A stretch of 64,000 nt of DNA. Source: Chthoniobacterales bacterium. GTDB lineage: Bacteria; Verrucomicrobiota; Verrucomicrobiia; Chthoniobacterales; DASVRZ01. Positions 17,697 to 28,542 of this stretch are shown one piece after another. Position 1 is the stretch's first letter; each line of letters begins with the position of its first letter. A model generated the notes under the pieces. The model searched no databases. It worked only from the letters and a program-made list of their open reading frames with translations, and had not been told where the DNA came from. The translations under genes and the position numbers were made by a program. Where the stretch lies: the NCBI GenBank assembly GCA_038228695.1, contig JBBRPA010000002.1:32080-96079 (forward strand), in the 5' to 3' direction.

Positions 17697-18712
17697 AAAC
17701 CTCGCTGACAATCGCATCGTGGGCTCCAAGTTTTGCCCGGCAACATGCCTTGGTGATTGTGCCCATGCTGGTTGCTTTTTGCCTGGGTTCCATTTGGTTA
17801 GCCGGGCTGGAAATCGGGATTCAACTAGGGATCGTGGCGCTACTTGTGACGATCGGCGGTTTGCCCCACGGCGCGCTCGATCTCGCCCTGCTGCGTGGCA
17901 TGGGAGCGAGGCGGGATGGTTTGGTTTTGTTAATTGGGTTCTACTTGCTGATCGCGGGATTGGTTTTGGCGGCGTTTGCTTGGCAACCGGTCGTGGCCTT
18001 GATGGTTTTTCTGGCGGTTGCGTGGTGGCATTTCGGGTTGGGGGATACAGAGGATTTGGCCGGCTGGGCGCGCGGACTGGAGGGGTTGGCCCGGGGCGGG
18101 TTTTCGATCGCGGGCCCGATCTGGTTTCATCCGGAGGCAACCTTCGGGTTGTTTCGTAGCCTGTGTGGCCCGGAAAGCGACGGTCTTCTCCTGATCCTTA
18201 TGAACTGGTTTAATCGCTGGGTCGCCGTGCCGTGGTTCGGATTGGTTGCGCTCGCAATCGGTCGTCGGCTCTTTTTGGCGTTTCGGGAGAAAAAGTCGGT
18301 GTCCTCCGAGTTGGGTCATTTATTGCCCGCAGCGGAAATAGGGGCCACGCTTTGGTTCTTTGCCGGGTGTCCGCCTCTGATAGCTTTCGCGGTGTATTTT
18401 ACGGCAATCCACTCAGTGCGGCATCTTGCGGGTCTGGCGGCAGCGAGATTTCCTGACAATCAACCCCGGGCATGGCGCTGGTTGGTGGCGGAATCGTGGC
18501 CGCTGACAGTTCTCACCGTGTTTCTGGCCGGAATTACCACCTGGGGATTTCGAAAATACCTCGCGAGCGACGTGCTGGTGCTGCGGGTGGTTTTTATTGG
18601 GCTGGCGGCATTGACCATGCCTCACATGGCGTTGACCTGTTGGTGGCAAAAGTGTGGCGAACCAGCCCCGATCGATCTATTTTCAAGGTCAAGCCGGATT
18701 TCGATGGATTAA
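17693..18712 (+). CDS. blh: Brp/Blh-family beta-carotene 15,15'-dioxygenase
   Basis: ATGA overlap with the crtY stop. Polytopic membrane protein with conserved His sites GGLPHGALDL, WWHFGLGD and FTAIHSVRHL. Confidence 0.85.
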   Translation: MKTSLTIASWAPSFARQHALVIVPMLVAFCLGSIWLAGLEIGIQLGIVALLVTIGGLPHGALDLALLRGMGARRDGLVLLIGFYLLIAGLVLAAFAWQPVVALMVFLAVAWWHFGLGDTEDLAGWARGLEGLARGGFSIAGPIWFHPEATFGLFRSLCGPESDGLLLILMNWFNRWVAVPWFGLVALAIGRRLFLAFREKKSVSSELGHLLPAAEIGATLWFFAGCPPLIAFAVYFTAIHSVRHLAGLAAARFPDNQPRAWRWLVAESWPLTVLTVFLAGITTWGFRKYLASDVLVLRVVFIGLAALTMPHMALTCWWQKCGEPAPIDLFSRSSRISMD

Positions 18713-18821
18713 GCTATTTTTTCCGCGGATTGGGTCGCTTTGTTGAAAAACTGATCCGACCGGATCGCCCTTGACGCATCAGGGGACTTCGACTATTAAT
18801 TACTCAGTTGATCGAGTGAGC

Positions 18822-18850
18822 AGAGTGGGAACGACTTCCCACTCTTTTTT
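18822..18850 (+). terminator. rho-independent terminator downstream of blh
   Basis: AGAGTGGGAA (18822-18831) pairs with TTCCCACTCT (18836-18845) around a 4-nt loop CGAC, followed by a T-run to 18850. Confidence 0.6.
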
Positions 18851-18875
18851 GTCTCGACACGAAAAATTTCCAAAT

Positions 18876-20123
18876 ATGAACAGCGAGCTTATTGCTTACA
18901 TCGACCATCTTGAGCGCGACAAAGGAATCAACCGGAGCGTCGTTTTAGAGGCGCTCCAGACGGCCCTCCTCTCGGCTTCCCGCCGTTCGGTTGGTCCAGC
19001 CCGCGAGATGCGCATCGACATTGATCCGAAAACTGGGGAAATCAAGGCGCTCGCCAACCTCATCGTCGCTGATCCGGTGATGAATGAGCACGACCAAATT
19101 TCGATCGCAAAAGCGCAGCGGATCAAGAAGGACGCCCAAGTCGGTGACGTTCTCGAGGTAGAAGTTACGCCAAAGAATTTCGGACGCGTCGCCGCCCAGA
19201 CTTGCCGCCAGACCATGCTGCAACGCATCCGGATGGCGGAAAAAGAGAATCTTTACGACGAATTTAAGGATCGCGCCGGAGAAATCGTCAGCGGCACCGT
19301 TCGTCGCTTTGAGCGTTCCGACGTGATTATTGATCTCGGCAAGTTTGAGGCGATTATGCCTCAGCGCGAACGGGTTACGACTGAGGATTACAATATTGGC
19401 GACCGGATCCGCGCCTACGTGGTGGCGGTGGAAAACGGTGCCCGCGGCCCAGAAATCATCCTTTCCCGCAGCCACCCGAATTTCATTCGGCGTCTATTTG
19501 AACTCGAAGTCAGCGAGATTGCCGATCGCACGGTGGAAATCAAAGCCATCGCCCGCGAAGCCGGATTCCGCTCCAAAGTGGCCGTGCACAGCAGCATCGA
19601 TAAGGTGGATCCAGTCGGATCGTGTGTCGGTATGCGCGGTTCCCGGGTTAAAAACATCGTCCGCGAACTGAACAACGAGAAGGTCGATATCATCCGCTGG
19701 AGCGCCGATCCAAAGGAGTTTGTGCTCGAAGCACTCAAGCCAGCGAAGGTTAAAAACATCGTGGCCGACGAGGCGAAAAAACTTATGACCATTACCGTTG
19801 ATGAGGACCAGCTCTCCCTCGCGATCGGTAAACGTGGTCAGAACGCTCGCTTGACCCAGCGCCTGACTGGTTGGGAGATTTCCATCGACAAGGGTGAATC
19901 GCCGATCGACGTCTTTGAAAGCCGCGTGACGGCTGCTGCCAAAGTGCTGGCTGATTCCGTTAAAATCGAAGAATCCGTCGCGCGCCAACTCGTCACTGGA
20001 GGCGTCAGCACGCTGGAAATGCTCGCGGAACTGGAGGCAGACGACATCGCAGGCATCCTTGGCATCGAACCCGACGCAGCCGCCCCGATTCTTGAAGCCG
20101 CCAAAAAAGCCCGCGGCGAATGA
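18876..20123 (+). CDS. nusA: transcription termination/antitermination factor NusA
   Basis: N-terminus MNSELIAYIDHLERDKGI, S1 and KH regions (GDRIRAYV, DPVGSCVGMRGSRV), and its position upstream of infB. The ATG at 18876 lies downstream of the terminator hairpin, so the longer ORF from 18771 is rejected. Confidence 0.95.
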   Translation: MNSELIAYIDHLERDKGINRSVVLEALQTALLSASRRSVGPAREMRIDIDPKTGEIKALANLIVADPVMNEHDQISIAKAQRIKKDAQVGDVLEVEVTPKNFGRVAAQTCRQTMLQRIRMAEKENLYDEFKDRAGEIVSGTVRRFERSDVIIDLGKFEAIMPQRERVTTEDYNIGDRIRAYVVAVENGARGPEIILSRSHPNFIRRLFELEVSEIADRTVEIKAIAREAGFRSKVAVHSSIDKVDPVGSCVGMRGSRVKNIVRELNNEKVDIIRWSADPKEFVLEALKPAKVKNIVADEAKKLMTITVDEDQLSLAIGKRGQNARLTQRLTGWEISIDKGESPIDVFESRVTAAAKVLADSVKIEESVARQLVTGGVSTLEMLAELEADDIAGILGIEPDAAAPILEAAKKARGE

Positions 20124-20184
20124 ACCCGCCACCATCTATCAGGGTGGCAACCACAACCCACTTACCTTTAATCCAATTTACTGA

Positions 20185-22440
20185 ATGGCCACACGAGCAA
20201 CTACCAAACCCAGCTCCTCGACGAAAACTTCCGGCAGATCAGCCGTAGGTAGGAAGTCTGACGCTCCCGCCAGTAAAAAGCCCGCTCCTAAATCTGAGGA
20301 ACCCGCAAAAGTAGTTGCCCCGGTTGTCCCGGTGGTGACCGAGGATTTGATTTCCCCGAAGAAGAAAAAAGTCGTCGCTGCAGATTCGATTAAACCAACC
20401 GTCCGCATCGGTGCCGCTGCGAAGGTCAAAGTTGAGCCACCAACTCCGGTGAATGTGGAAACTCCCGCTGCCAAACCGGCCGCGATCTCCCTAATTGGGG
20501 GAAAAGCCCCGAAACTTCCCACTGACAAGAAGCCCCACGGCATGGTCCCGCTTGCGCGGATTACCGGCTCGGTGAAGCCCGTTCCAATTTCTGCGCCGAT
20601 TGTTGCCGTCGTTGAGCCACCTGCCGAAGAGCCGGCAGCTCCAGAATTGTCGGAGACTGGCCAACTCATCATTCACATCAAGCCGCCGATCATCGTTAAA
20701 GACCTTGCCATTCAGCTCGGTCTGAAGCCTTTCCAGATCATCAAGGATTTGATGGATCTGAACATTTTTACCAAGGCGGACGCCACCATCGAGCCCGATG
20801 TGGCGACCCAAGTCTGCAAGAAGCACAACGCGATTTTCGAGGTTGAGAAACGCGAAAAAGGCGGCGGCGTGCACAAAGTCGAAACCGTGGTGGTGGCACC
20901 TCCCGCTCCGGTCGAGGTCAAATCCGACCAACTCGTTTCCCGTCCTCCCGTCATCACGTTTATGGGTCACGTGGATCACGGCAAGACTTCGCTGATGGAC
21001 GCCATCCGCAAGAGCCGCGTCGCATCGGGCGAAGCGGGCGGCATCACCCAGCACATCGGCGCTTATTCCGTCGAGCGGGACGGCCATAAAATCACCTTTC
21101 TAGACACCCCCGGTCACCAAGCTTTCACCGCTATGCGGGCTCGCGGCGCGAACCTCACCGACATCGTCGTGCTCGTGGTCGCCGCCGACGACGGGCTCAT
21201 GCCGCAGACGATCGAGGCGATTAACCACGCCAAAGCTGCCAAGGTCAAAATCGTCGTCGCGATCAACAAAATCGACCTTCCTTCGGCGAATATCGACCGG
21301 GTGAAAACCCAGCTCCAGGAAAAAGGCCTGCAACCTGAGGACTGGGGAGGCGACACCATTTGCGTGCCGGTTTCGGCAACCAAGGGAAAAGGCATCGACG
21401 ATTTATTGCAGATGACTCTCCTCGAAGCCGAGGTTTTGGAATTGCGCGCCGACGAGAAGGCAGCCGCCCGCGGCACCGTCGTCGAATCTCAAGTGGAGAC
21501 TGGCCGCGGTCCGACCGCGACGATTTTGGTCAAGGTCGGCACTTTGAAGGTGGGCGACCCTTTTATCTGCGGAAATGTTTACGGAAAAGTCAAAGCCATG
21601 ACCACCGACACCGGGGCCATGGTCAAAACGGCCGGGCCGTCCACTCCGGTGAAAGTGCTTGGTTTTACGGGAGTTCCATCGTCAGGCGACGAATTTTTGG
21701 TCATGGATTCCGAGAAAGCCGCCAAAGTTCTCGGCGAAGAGCGCCTCCACGCCATGCGGCAGACGAAACTGGCCGCCCCGGCCCGCGCGACGCTGGAGAA
21801 TTTGTTCGACGCGATGGCTGATGAGCAACTCAAACTGCTCGAAGTCATTCTCAAATGCGACGTTCACGGTTCCTTGGAAGCCGTCTCTGCGTCGTTGAAC
21901 GAAATTAACAGCAAAAAAATCAACCTCCGCATCATTCACAGCGGGGTCGGCCCGATTACCGAGTCTGACGTCTTGCTCGCGACTGCGTCCAACGCGGTGA
22001 TTATTGGCTTCAACGTGAAAGTGGAAAACTCCGCAGCGAATTCTGCTCGTCGCGAAAACGTTCAGATCAAGCTTTTCAGCATCATTTACGAACTCATCGA
22101 TCAGGTGAAAGAGGCTATGGCCGGCTTGCTCGACTTGGAGACCCGCGAAACTATCGTCGGCCATGCCGAGGTCAAACAAGTGTTCGATCTCACCAAAGGC
22201 ACGGTCGCTGGCAGTCTCGTCACCGATGGGCGCATCGTCCGCACCGGGCGTGCGCGCGTCGTGCGCCGCAAACAGACTGTGTTCGACGGCTCGATGTCCA
22301 CGCTGCGCCGCTTCCAGGACGAGGTCAAGGAAGTGCGTAACGGCCTCGAATGCGGCATCAAACTCGCCGGCTACGATGAGTATGAAGCGGGCGATATCAT
22401 CGAGTGCTACACGCTCGAGAAGTTTGCCCAGAAGCTGTAA
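20185..22440 (+). CDS. infB: translation initiation factor IF-2
   Basis: Low-complexity Pro/Ala/Lys-rich N-terminus, then a GTPase domain ([23 protein letters not shown]). Confidence 0.95.
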   Translation: MATRATTKPSSSTKTSGRSAVGRKSDAPASKKPAPKSEEPAKVVAPVVPVVTEDLISPKKKKVVAADSIKPTVRIGAAAKVKVEPPTPVNVETPAAKPAAISLIGGKAPKLPTDKKPHGMVPLARITGSVKPVPISAPIVAVVEPPAEEPAAPELSETGQLIIHIKPPIIVKDLAIQLGLKPFQIIKDLMDLNIFTKADATIEPDVATQVCKKHNAIFEVEKREKGGGVHKVETVVVAPPAPVEVKSDQLVSRPPVITFMGHVDHGKTSLMDAIRKSRVASGEAGGITQHIGAYSVERDGHKITFLDTPGHQAFTAMRARGANLTDIVVLVVAADDGLMPQTIEAINHAKAAKVKIVVAINKIDLPSANIDRVKTQLQEKGLQPEDWGGDTICVPVSATKGKGIDDLLQMTLLEAEVLELRADEKAAARGTVVESQVETGRGPTATILVKVGTLKVGDPFICGNVYGKVKAMTTDTGAMVKTAGPSTPVKVLGFTGVPSSGDEFLVMDSEKAAKVLGEERLHAMRQTKLAAPARATLENLFDAMADEQLKLLEVILKCDVHGSLEAVSASLNEINSKKINLRIIHSGVGPITESDVLLATASNAVIIGFNVKVENSAANSARRENVQIKLFSIIYELIDQVKEAMAGLLDLETRETIVGHAEVKQVFDLTKGTVAGSLVTDGRIVRTGRARVVRRKQTVFDGSMSTLRRFQDEVKEVRNGLECGIKLAGYDEYEAGDIIECYTLEKFAQKL

Positions 22441-22509
22441 GTCGGCCCGGAAACCTAGCGCCCCTCTCGCCGGTTTCCCGTCCAACCGCCCTTTCCATTT
22501 CGTCATCCC

Positions 22510-22896
22510 GTGAACCATCGTCTCCAACGCGTCCAGGAACTCATCAAGCGCGAACTTAGCGACCTGATCAATCGCCATTTGCGTTTTGATGGCGTGATCG
22601 TGACGATTAATTCCGTGGACATCACACCCGACCTCAAGCAGGCCCACGTATTTATCTCCGCGCTCGGAGGCTCCGGCCAGACGAGCAATTACCAGAGCAT
22701 TCTCCACAAGCTTGATGTGAATCGGAAAATGCTGCAGCAGGAAATGAGCAAGCGCGTGGTCATTAAGTACACCCCTCATTTGCATTTCAAATTCGATAAC
22801 ACCGCCGAACGCGCCACCCGCGTTTTTTCGATTCTTGAGGAACTCGATCTCGACGGCAACCCGATCGAACCCAAACCCAGCTCCGACGATTCGTGA
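22510..22896 (+). CDS. rbfA: ribosome-binding factor A
   Basis: RLQRVQELIKRELS...VTINSVDITPDLKQAHVFIS is typical RbfA. GTG start. Confidence 0.9.
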   Translation: MNHRLQRVQELIKRELSDLINRHLRFDGVIVTINSVDITPDLKQAHVFISALGGSGQTSNYQSILHKLDVNRKMLQQEMSKRVVIKYTPHLHFKFDNTAERATRVFSILEELDLDGNPIEPKPSSDDS

Positions 22897-23879
22897 ACGC
22901 CACCTTTTCCGAGATCGGCGCGGCAATTGCGCGCCACCAGAAGTTCCTCGTCCTCAGTCACATGCGTCCCGATGGCGACGCCCTTGGCTGTGAGATTGCG
23001 ATGACCCTCGCCCTGCGCCAGCTCGGCAAGAATGTCACCACCTGGAACGAGGACGGCATGCTCGAAAAGCTGCGCTTTCTGCCCGGTTCGGAGATCGTTA
23101 CCACGCCACCTGCGGAGAAAGCCGATTTTGACGTGGTGATCATCCTCGATACGGCAGTGCGCGAACGAGTCGGCACCCCGTTGGCAGCGGTTGGCGCCGC
23201 GCGAGTTTGGATCAACATCGATCATCACCAAAGCAATCCGGGCTACGGTGATCTCAGCCACATCAACCCGGTTGCGCCCGCCACGGGCGAGATTCTGTTT
23301 GAGCTTTTCACCGAACTGGGCTGGGAGATCGATCCCGCGATCGCCGAAAATCTTTTCGTCGCGATTTCCACCGACACCGGTTCTTTTCAATATCCCTCGA
23401 CTACCGCCCGCACCTATGAAATCGGGGCGGAACTCATCCGTCGTGGCGCTGACGTAGGCCGCATCTCGCGGGATTTGTATGACAGCTATCCAGTGCGCCG
23501 CATCCAGTTGCTCCGGTCGCTGTTGAATGAACTTTTACTAACCAGCGAAAACCGTGTAGCCAGTTTTGCTCTGACGCAAGCAGCCGCGAAATCGATTGGC
23601 GTCATCCCCGAGGATAACGAGGGACTGATCGATCATATTCGCGCTATCGAAGGGGTGATCGTGGCGATTTTTTTCGAGGAATTGGACGGGGAAAACGCCG
23701 GCCGCATTCGCATCAGCATGCGCTCGAAGGACCCCAATGTCAGCGTCGCCGCGATCTGCCAGCATTTCGGGGGTGGGGGACACATTCTCGCCTCTGGCGC
23801 GCGCATTCGCGGATCGCTTGAAGAAGTTCGCAAACAAGTTTTAGAATACACCGATCATGAAATCCGCAGCCACGCTTGA
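22893..23879 (+). CDS. nrnA: DHH/DHHA1 phosphoesterase (NrnA-like oligoribonuclease/pAp phosphatase)
   Basis: Motifs [21 protein letters not shown] and GGGGH. The GTG at 22893 forms a GTGA overlap with the rbfA stop. Confidence 0.85.
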   Translation: MNATFSEIGAAIARHQKFLVLSHMRPDGDALGCEIAMTLALRQLGKNVTTWNEDGMLEKLRFLPGSEIVTTPPAEKADFDVVIILDTAVRERVGTPLAAVGAARVWINIDHHQSNPGYGDLSHINPVAPATGEILFELFTELGWEIDPAIAENLFVAISTDTGSFQYPSTTARTYEIGAELIRRGADVGRISRDLYDSYPVRRIQLLRSLLNELLLTSENRVASFALTQAAAKSIGVIPEDNEGLIDHIRAIEGVIVAIFFEELDGENAGRIRISMRSKDPNVSVAAICQHFGGGGHILASGARIRGSLEEVRKQVLEYTDHEIRSHA

Positions 23880-24579
23880 CGGCGTTCTTCTCGTCGATAA
23901 ATCCTCCGAAATGACGTCCCACGATGTGGTGGCGATCGCGCGTCGGACCTTTTCCATGACCAAGGTGGGCCACTGCGGCACGCTCGATCCACGCGCGACC
24001 GGACTGCTCATCGTTGTGCTCGGCAAGGGCACGAAAATTCAGGATTTGCTCATGAGCGAGGACAAGGAATATGTCGGAACGCTCAAGCTCGGCGAAACCA
24101 CGGACAGCCAAGATGCGGACGGGGAGATTCTTGAGACGAAGCCCGTGCCGGTATTGACCGAGGCGGAAATCGAGGCGGCGTTCGCGAAATTTGACGGCGA
24201 TTTCTACCAGTTGCCGCCGATGGTTTCCGCGATCAAGCAACAAGGCGTGCCTCTTTACAAACTCGCTCGGCAAGGGAAAACGGTCGAGCGCGAGAAGCGC
24301 TTCGTCCACATTTACGCCCATCAGATCAACCGGATCGAACTGCCGGTGGTCGATTTTCGTGTTGTTTGCAGCAAGGGATTTTATGTTCGCACCTACGCCC
24401 ACGACATTGGCGAGGTGCTCGGGTGCGGGGCCCATTTGCAGGAACTCCGCCGAACGAAATCGGGCAAGTTCAACCTCGATCGTGCCGTCACCGTGGACCA
24501 ATTGAAAAACGGCTCCCTCGAAGAATTGCTCGCCAAGGTGATTAGCCTTCCTGAAGTCTCCCGTATGCGCGGTGCCTGA
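23857..24579 (+). CDS. truB: tRNA pseudouridine(55) synthase
   Basis: Catalytic motif [20 protein letters not shown], and [10 protein letters not shown]. Confidence 0.9.
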   Translation: MKSAATLDGVLLVDKSSEMTSHDVVAIARRTFSMTKVGHCGTLDPRATGLLIVVLGKGTKIQDLLMSEDKEYVGTLKLGETTDSQDADGEILETKPVPVLTEAEIEAAFAKFDGDFYQLPPMVSAIKQQGVPLYKLARQGKTVEREKRFVHIYAHQINRIELPVVDFRVVCSKGFYVRTYAHDIGEVLGCGAHLQELRRTKSGKFNLDRAVTVDQLKNGSLEELLAKVISLPEVSRMRGA

Positions 24580-24595
24580 GGACGGAAAAGCGGCG

Positions 24596-25531
24596 ATGAA
24601 ACTGCTTCGCTCTGTCTCCGAATTGGCCACCCTGCCCGGACCGCTGGCGCTCGGCATCGGGGTTTTTGATGGTGTCCACCTCGGGCATCAAGCGGTCATC
24701 GCCTCGACGCTAGCCGCAGCCCGCGAGGCCGGGGGAACGGCCGTGATCGTGACCTTCGATCCGCATCCAGCGCGCATTCTCCGACCCGAGAATCCGCCCC
24801 GCCTGCTCACTTCGACTGCTCACAAATTGCAATTACTTGCTGGCACTGCGGTAGGCCACATTTTGCTCGTGGAGTTCAATCGCGACTTTGCCAGCCAGTC
24901 GCCTGGCGCGTTTATTGGTGCCTTGGCCGCTCACGCCCGCCCGCTCCGCGCCATCTGCGTGGGTGAAGATTGGGCGTTCGGTCGAAATCGGAGTGGAAAC
25001 GTGGATTTCTTACGGAGCGAAGGAACCAAACTTGGTTTTTCGGTGGTGGCTGTTCCTCCGGTGCGGATCGGGGACGAAACCGTCAGCAGCACACTCATTC
25101 GCGGCGCGGTGGAGGCAGGTGATCTGACGAAAGCGGAAGCCTGCCTTGGCCGGCCCTATACCATTCTCGGCACGGTTGTGGAGGGTCGGAAACTCGGCCG
25201 CACACTCGGTTTCCCGACCGCAAATCTCAGCGCCCATAACGAGCAGTTTCCTCCGAATGGCGTTTATGCCGTCCGCGCCGTGACCGATGGTGCGTGCTAT
25301 GACGGCGTGGCCAACATCGGTCTGCGTCCCACGATCGAAAACGGGGAGCTAGGGCGCCTGTTGGAGGTGCATCTTTTCGATTTTGCCGGCGATCTTTACG
25401 GTCGGGACGTCGAAGTGGCGTTTGCCAAATTCCTGCGTCCGGAGAAAAAATTTCCCGATCTCGACGCACTCCGCGCCCAAATCGGGCGTGACACACAATC
25501 GTCACGCGACTTTTTCCTCCAGCAATCCTAA
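24596..25531 (+). CDS. ribF: bifunctional riboflavin kinase / FAD synthetase
   Basis: GVFDGVHLGHQ at the N-terminus. The C-terminal kinase part carries GRKLGRTLGFPTANL and the RPTI/LEVHLFDF region. The ATG at 24596 is preferred over the GTG at 24572. Confidence 0.9.
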   Translation: MKLLRSVSELATLPGPLALGIGVFDGVHLGHQAVIASTLAAAREAGGTAVIVTFDPHPARILRPENPPRLLTSTAHKLQLLAGTAVGHILLVEFNRDFASQSPGAFIGALAAHARPLRAICVGEDWAFGRNRSGNVDFLRSEGTKLGFSVVAVPPVRIGDETVSSTLIRGAVEAGDLTKAEACLGRPYTILGTVVEGRKLGRTLGFPTANLSAHNEQFPPNGVYAVRAVTDGACYDGVANIGLRPTIENGELGRLLEVHLFDFAGDLYGRDVEVAFAKFLRPEKKFPDLDALRAQIGRDTQSSRDFFLQQS

Positions 25532-25544
25532 CATCCCAAAATTT

Positions 25545-25946
25545 ATGTCCGACTTGACCCTTCTCACCACCGAAAATCAAACTGCGTCGCTTGCCGTAGT
25601 CACCGCTGAGAGCAACCCTTTCCGGCTTGTCGTCGATCCGAAAATGCGGACACTTTTGCGTGAAAGCCTGCTTAGAATGATCGATCATCACGACGAGCGA
25701 TTGGCCGATTTTTTTGCCAGCGGCCAGCTTGCGCTCGACTCCTACAAGGAATACATCGAGCTTTTCGCCCGTAGCCTTCGCGAAACCATGGAAACGCCCC
25801 AAGGCGTCGCCTACCTGCTCGACGCCGCCGGATTTGACGTTCCGATTGAGGAGATCAACCTCAATCCAGAATGGCGCTGGAAGGAAATTCCGGCGACCGA
25901 AACTGGGGTAGCATCGGAGCCGGAAGTCGTCATCCCTCAAGTTTGA
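25545..25946 (+). CDS. hypothetical protein
   Basis: 133-aa ORF from the ATG at 25545, in the gap between ribF and the phoH-like gene. No motif recognised. Confidence 0.45.
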   Translation: MSDLTLLTTENQTASLAVVTAESNPFRLVVDPKMRTLLRESLLRMIDHHDERLADFFASGQLALDSYKEYIELFARSLRETMETPQGVAYLLDAAGFDVPIEEINLNPEWRWKEIPATETGVASEPEVVIPQV

Positions 25947-26098
25947 GCGCGAGCCACCGATTGGAAAATTTGTTAATGACCCATAAAATAAATGTGGCCA
26001 ACCGCATCAATTCCAACTATTCGTCCAGCATCGCGGCAAAATCCGTGAGACCACCGGGGAAATGTGAGATTCAGTTTCCCGGTTCAGATCATTAAAAA

Positions 26099-27601
26099 AT
26101 GCAATATCCTACTGGTCCCAATGATGGGCAGACTGGCGATCTGCTCCTCCCTTCCTCTTCGTCTCGCCGGACGAAAAAAAATCAGAGTCGAATAAAGAAC
26201 TACGTTCTCGACACTAACGTCCTCCTGCACGATCCGAACAGCCTGCATCGCTTCGAGGACAACCATGTCTGGATCCCGGTCGAGGTTCTCACTGAGCTGG
26301 ACAAATTCAAGAACGAGCAAAACGAGCGTGGAGCCAACGCCCGCATGGTGCATCGTTCGCTCTCGAGCATTTTCGGCACGAATCGCGCCGCAGTCATTAA
26401 GGGCGCTCCGCTCCCCAACGGCGGGAGCATTCGCATCGCGGTCAACGACCGGATCAGCTCCAAACCCGACACCAAACTCAAGCGCTTCCAAACCCTCTTT
26501 CCCGAGAGCGGCGTGATCGACAACCGGATCATCGCCAGCGCTCTCGATATTGAGCGCCGTTGCATGGATGGATGCCGCACCGTCCTCGTCACGAAAGATC
26601 TTAACATGCTCCTCAAAGCCCACGCTATCGGGCTCGATGCAGAGGATTACCTAAACGATAAAGTGGAGCCCGAGGACTTCGATTCTCGCCTCGCCTGCAT
26701 CGAAGTGGCGGCGCATGAGTTGCAGCGTTTTGGCAGTTCTCGCGTGCTCACGCTCAGCGACAAGCGAGCGAACAATGTGCTTCTGAACGAGTATGTTCTC
26801 CTCACCGTGGACGAAAATAAACTCCTGCCTGCACGCCACATGGGCGACGGAATTTTCAAACGTCTTTCCATTCCTGCCGGTCTCGAAATTCCCAAGGGCA
26901 TCACGCTCAAACCCGCCAACGCAGGTCAGCAATGTCTGCTTGACGCTTTACTCGATCCGACCATTTCTCTCGTCACTTGCTACGGCCAAGCGGGCACGGG
27001 AAAAACCCTCATGGCCGTTGCCGCTGGGCTCTACTCCGTTTACGAGCGCGTTTATAATGGAATTACGGTCAGCCGCCCAGTGGTCGCGATGGGCGATACG
27101 CTCGGATTTCTCCCGGGCACTCTCGAAGAAAAAATGCGCCCGTGGCTGCAATCGATTTACGATGCCTTCGACGTCCTGCTCCCGCAGCGATCATTCCCGC
27201 AAGAGGGGCGCAACGGCAAGAACCGCAAACAACCCGAGCCCGCCTCCAGCGGAACTCCGCAGATGAAGCCTTACGAAAAACTAATCGAGCAAGGACTCGT
27301 GGAGATCGAGGCGCTTTGCTACATCCGCGGACGCTCCATTCCCAATCGTTTCTTCGTTCTCGATGAAGCGCAACAACTCACGCCGCTCGAAGCCAAAACG
27401 GTCGTCACCCGCATGTCGCGCGGATCGAAACTCGTCATGGTCGGCGATCCGGCGCAGATCGATCATCCCTATGTGGACAGTCATTCTAACGGACTCGTCT
27501 TCACGCGCGACCGGCTCAAAGGACAAGCGATCACCGCGCATGTGCCGCTCTCGAAGGGCGAACGCAGCCCGCTCGCGGAGATCGGTGCGAGCTTGATGTA
27601 A
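26099..27601 (+). CDS. PIN-domain + PhoH-like ATPase (YlaK-type)
   Basis: N-terminal PIN-like region (YVLDTNVLLHDP...VLTELD), followed by a PhoH P-loop GQAGTGKTLMAVAAG and the Walker B FFVLDEAQ. Confidence 0.9.
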   Translation: MQYPTGPNDGQTGDLLLPSSSSRRTKKNQSRIKNYVLDTNVLLHDPNSLHRFEDNHVWIPVEVLTELDKFKNEQNERGANARMVHRSLSSIFGTNRAAVIKGAPLPNGGSIRIAVNDRISSKPDTKLKRFQTLFPESGVIDNRIIASALDIERRCMDGCRTVLVTKDLNMLLKAHAIGLDAEDYLNDKVEPEDFDSRLACIEVAAHELQRFGSSRVLTLSDKRANNVLLNEYVLLTVDENKLLPARHMGDGIFKRLSIPAGLEIPKGITLKPANAGQQCLLDALLDPTISLVTCYGQAGTGKTLMAVAAGLYSVYERVYNGITVSRPVVAMGDTLGFLPGTLEEKMRPWLQSIYDAFDVLLPQRSFPQEGRNGKNRKQPEPASSGTPQMKPYEKLIEQGLVEIEALCYIRGRSIPNRFFVLDEAQQLTPLEAKTVVTRMSRGSKLVMVGDPAQIDHPYVDSHSNGLVFTRDRLKGQAITAHVPLSKGERSPLAEIGASLM

Positions 27602-27615
27602 AATCCCTCGTGGGT

Positions 27616-28542
27616 TTAGGTCAACGGCGGCGGCGTGGCTTCAGGAGCCTTCCCGGCCGCTAGCAGTTGTGAGAGCACTCCTCCGCCGGGCGGCACGAGC
27701 GTGATCTCGGCCTTGCCGGTTAGCAGTCGCTCTACTTCCAGAACGTCGAACAACACCTGGGCCACGCGGGGATCGCGGGAAATTTGATCGAGAGCGCCTC
27801 CCACCAATTGCGGACGAATCGCTGCCGCTTTGGCAAACTCGATCGCCGCTTGGCGTTCCGCCGTGCTCGTGATCACACTTACTTGGTTAGCTCCGTCCTG
27901 CTTGATCGCGGAGGTGACTTGGCGCAGGCGGTTGACCACTTTGCTTTCGATTTGGCGGATCATTTCCAGATCGCGGAAATGCACTTTGCGAATGTAAACG
28001 CTCCCCAGTTTGTAGCCCCATTCCTGCGAGGATGCAGTCACCTCCGCCCGCACCGTCTGGCTCATGGTGTGGCGGTTCTCCAACATGTCGGCCAGTTTCA
28101 TGTTGCTCAGGCAACGGACCGTGGCGCTGCTCACATTGGCCGCCAGCGATCCGCTTGGGTTCGCGTTGCGAAACAAATAGGCGACCGGATCGCTGATAAA
28201 CATCTCATACCAGATTCCGATCCCCATCGGTGCGCCTTCCTCGGAGTTCACCGGTTGGCTCCGAAGGTAGATTTGGTCGAGTTTGAGATCGAGGACGTGA
28301 CATTTTCCAAGCCAATGCACGATCAGCGCGGCGGGTCCGAGTTTGAAAAGAAGGATGTGAAAACCGGGTTCGTCGATGATTCCGATCACCTTGCCAAAGA
28401 GGACATAGACGTGCGCCCGGCGCTCCTCGATGATCACGTAGCCTCCTAGCCCCCGCAAAAAAGCGAGGAATAGGGGCATGGCAATGAACATGCCGAAAAA
28501 CCCTACTGCGGTGGCGATCAAAAAAGAGGGTATGCTATTCAT
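27616..28542 (-). CDS. SPFH/band-7 domain membrane protein (second of a pair)
   Basis: The ATG at 28542 overlaps the upstream gene's stop by 8 nt (ATGAATAG). N-terminal TM helix, then a prohibitin-like body (VYIRKVHFRDLEMIRQIE...). The 5' extension of the ORF to 28806 is rejected. Confidence 0.8.
   Translation of the reverse strand: MNSIPSFLIATAVGFFGMFIAMPLFLAFLRGLGGYVIIEERRAHVYVLFGKVIGIIDEPGFHILLFKLGPAALIVHWLGKCHVLDLKLDQIYLRSQPVNSEEGAPMGIGIWYEMFISDPVAYLFRNANPSGSLAANVSSATVRCLSNMKLADMLENRHTMSQTVRAEVTASSQEWGYKLGSVYIRKVHFRDLEMIRQIESKVVNRLRQVTSAIKQDGANQVSVITSTAERQAAIEFAKAAAIRPQLVGGALDQISRDPRVAQVLFDVLEVERLLTGKAEITLVPPGGGVLSQLLAAGKAPEATPPPLT

Noticed and set aside
18771-18875. 5' extensions of longest ORFs. 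Examples: nusA from 18771, nuoG from 30483, dapL from 44655, purA from 48552, the SPFH gene to 28806, the binding protein to 39536, and the beta-helix gene from 40213.
   Set aside because: The extensions run through terminator hairpins, palindromes or upstream genes, and they lack family similarity. Internal ATG/GTG codons give canonical N-termini or signal peptides.
21682-22926. 414-aa ORF antisense to infB and rbfA.
   Set aside because: It is a shadow ORF opposite two conserved translation genes.
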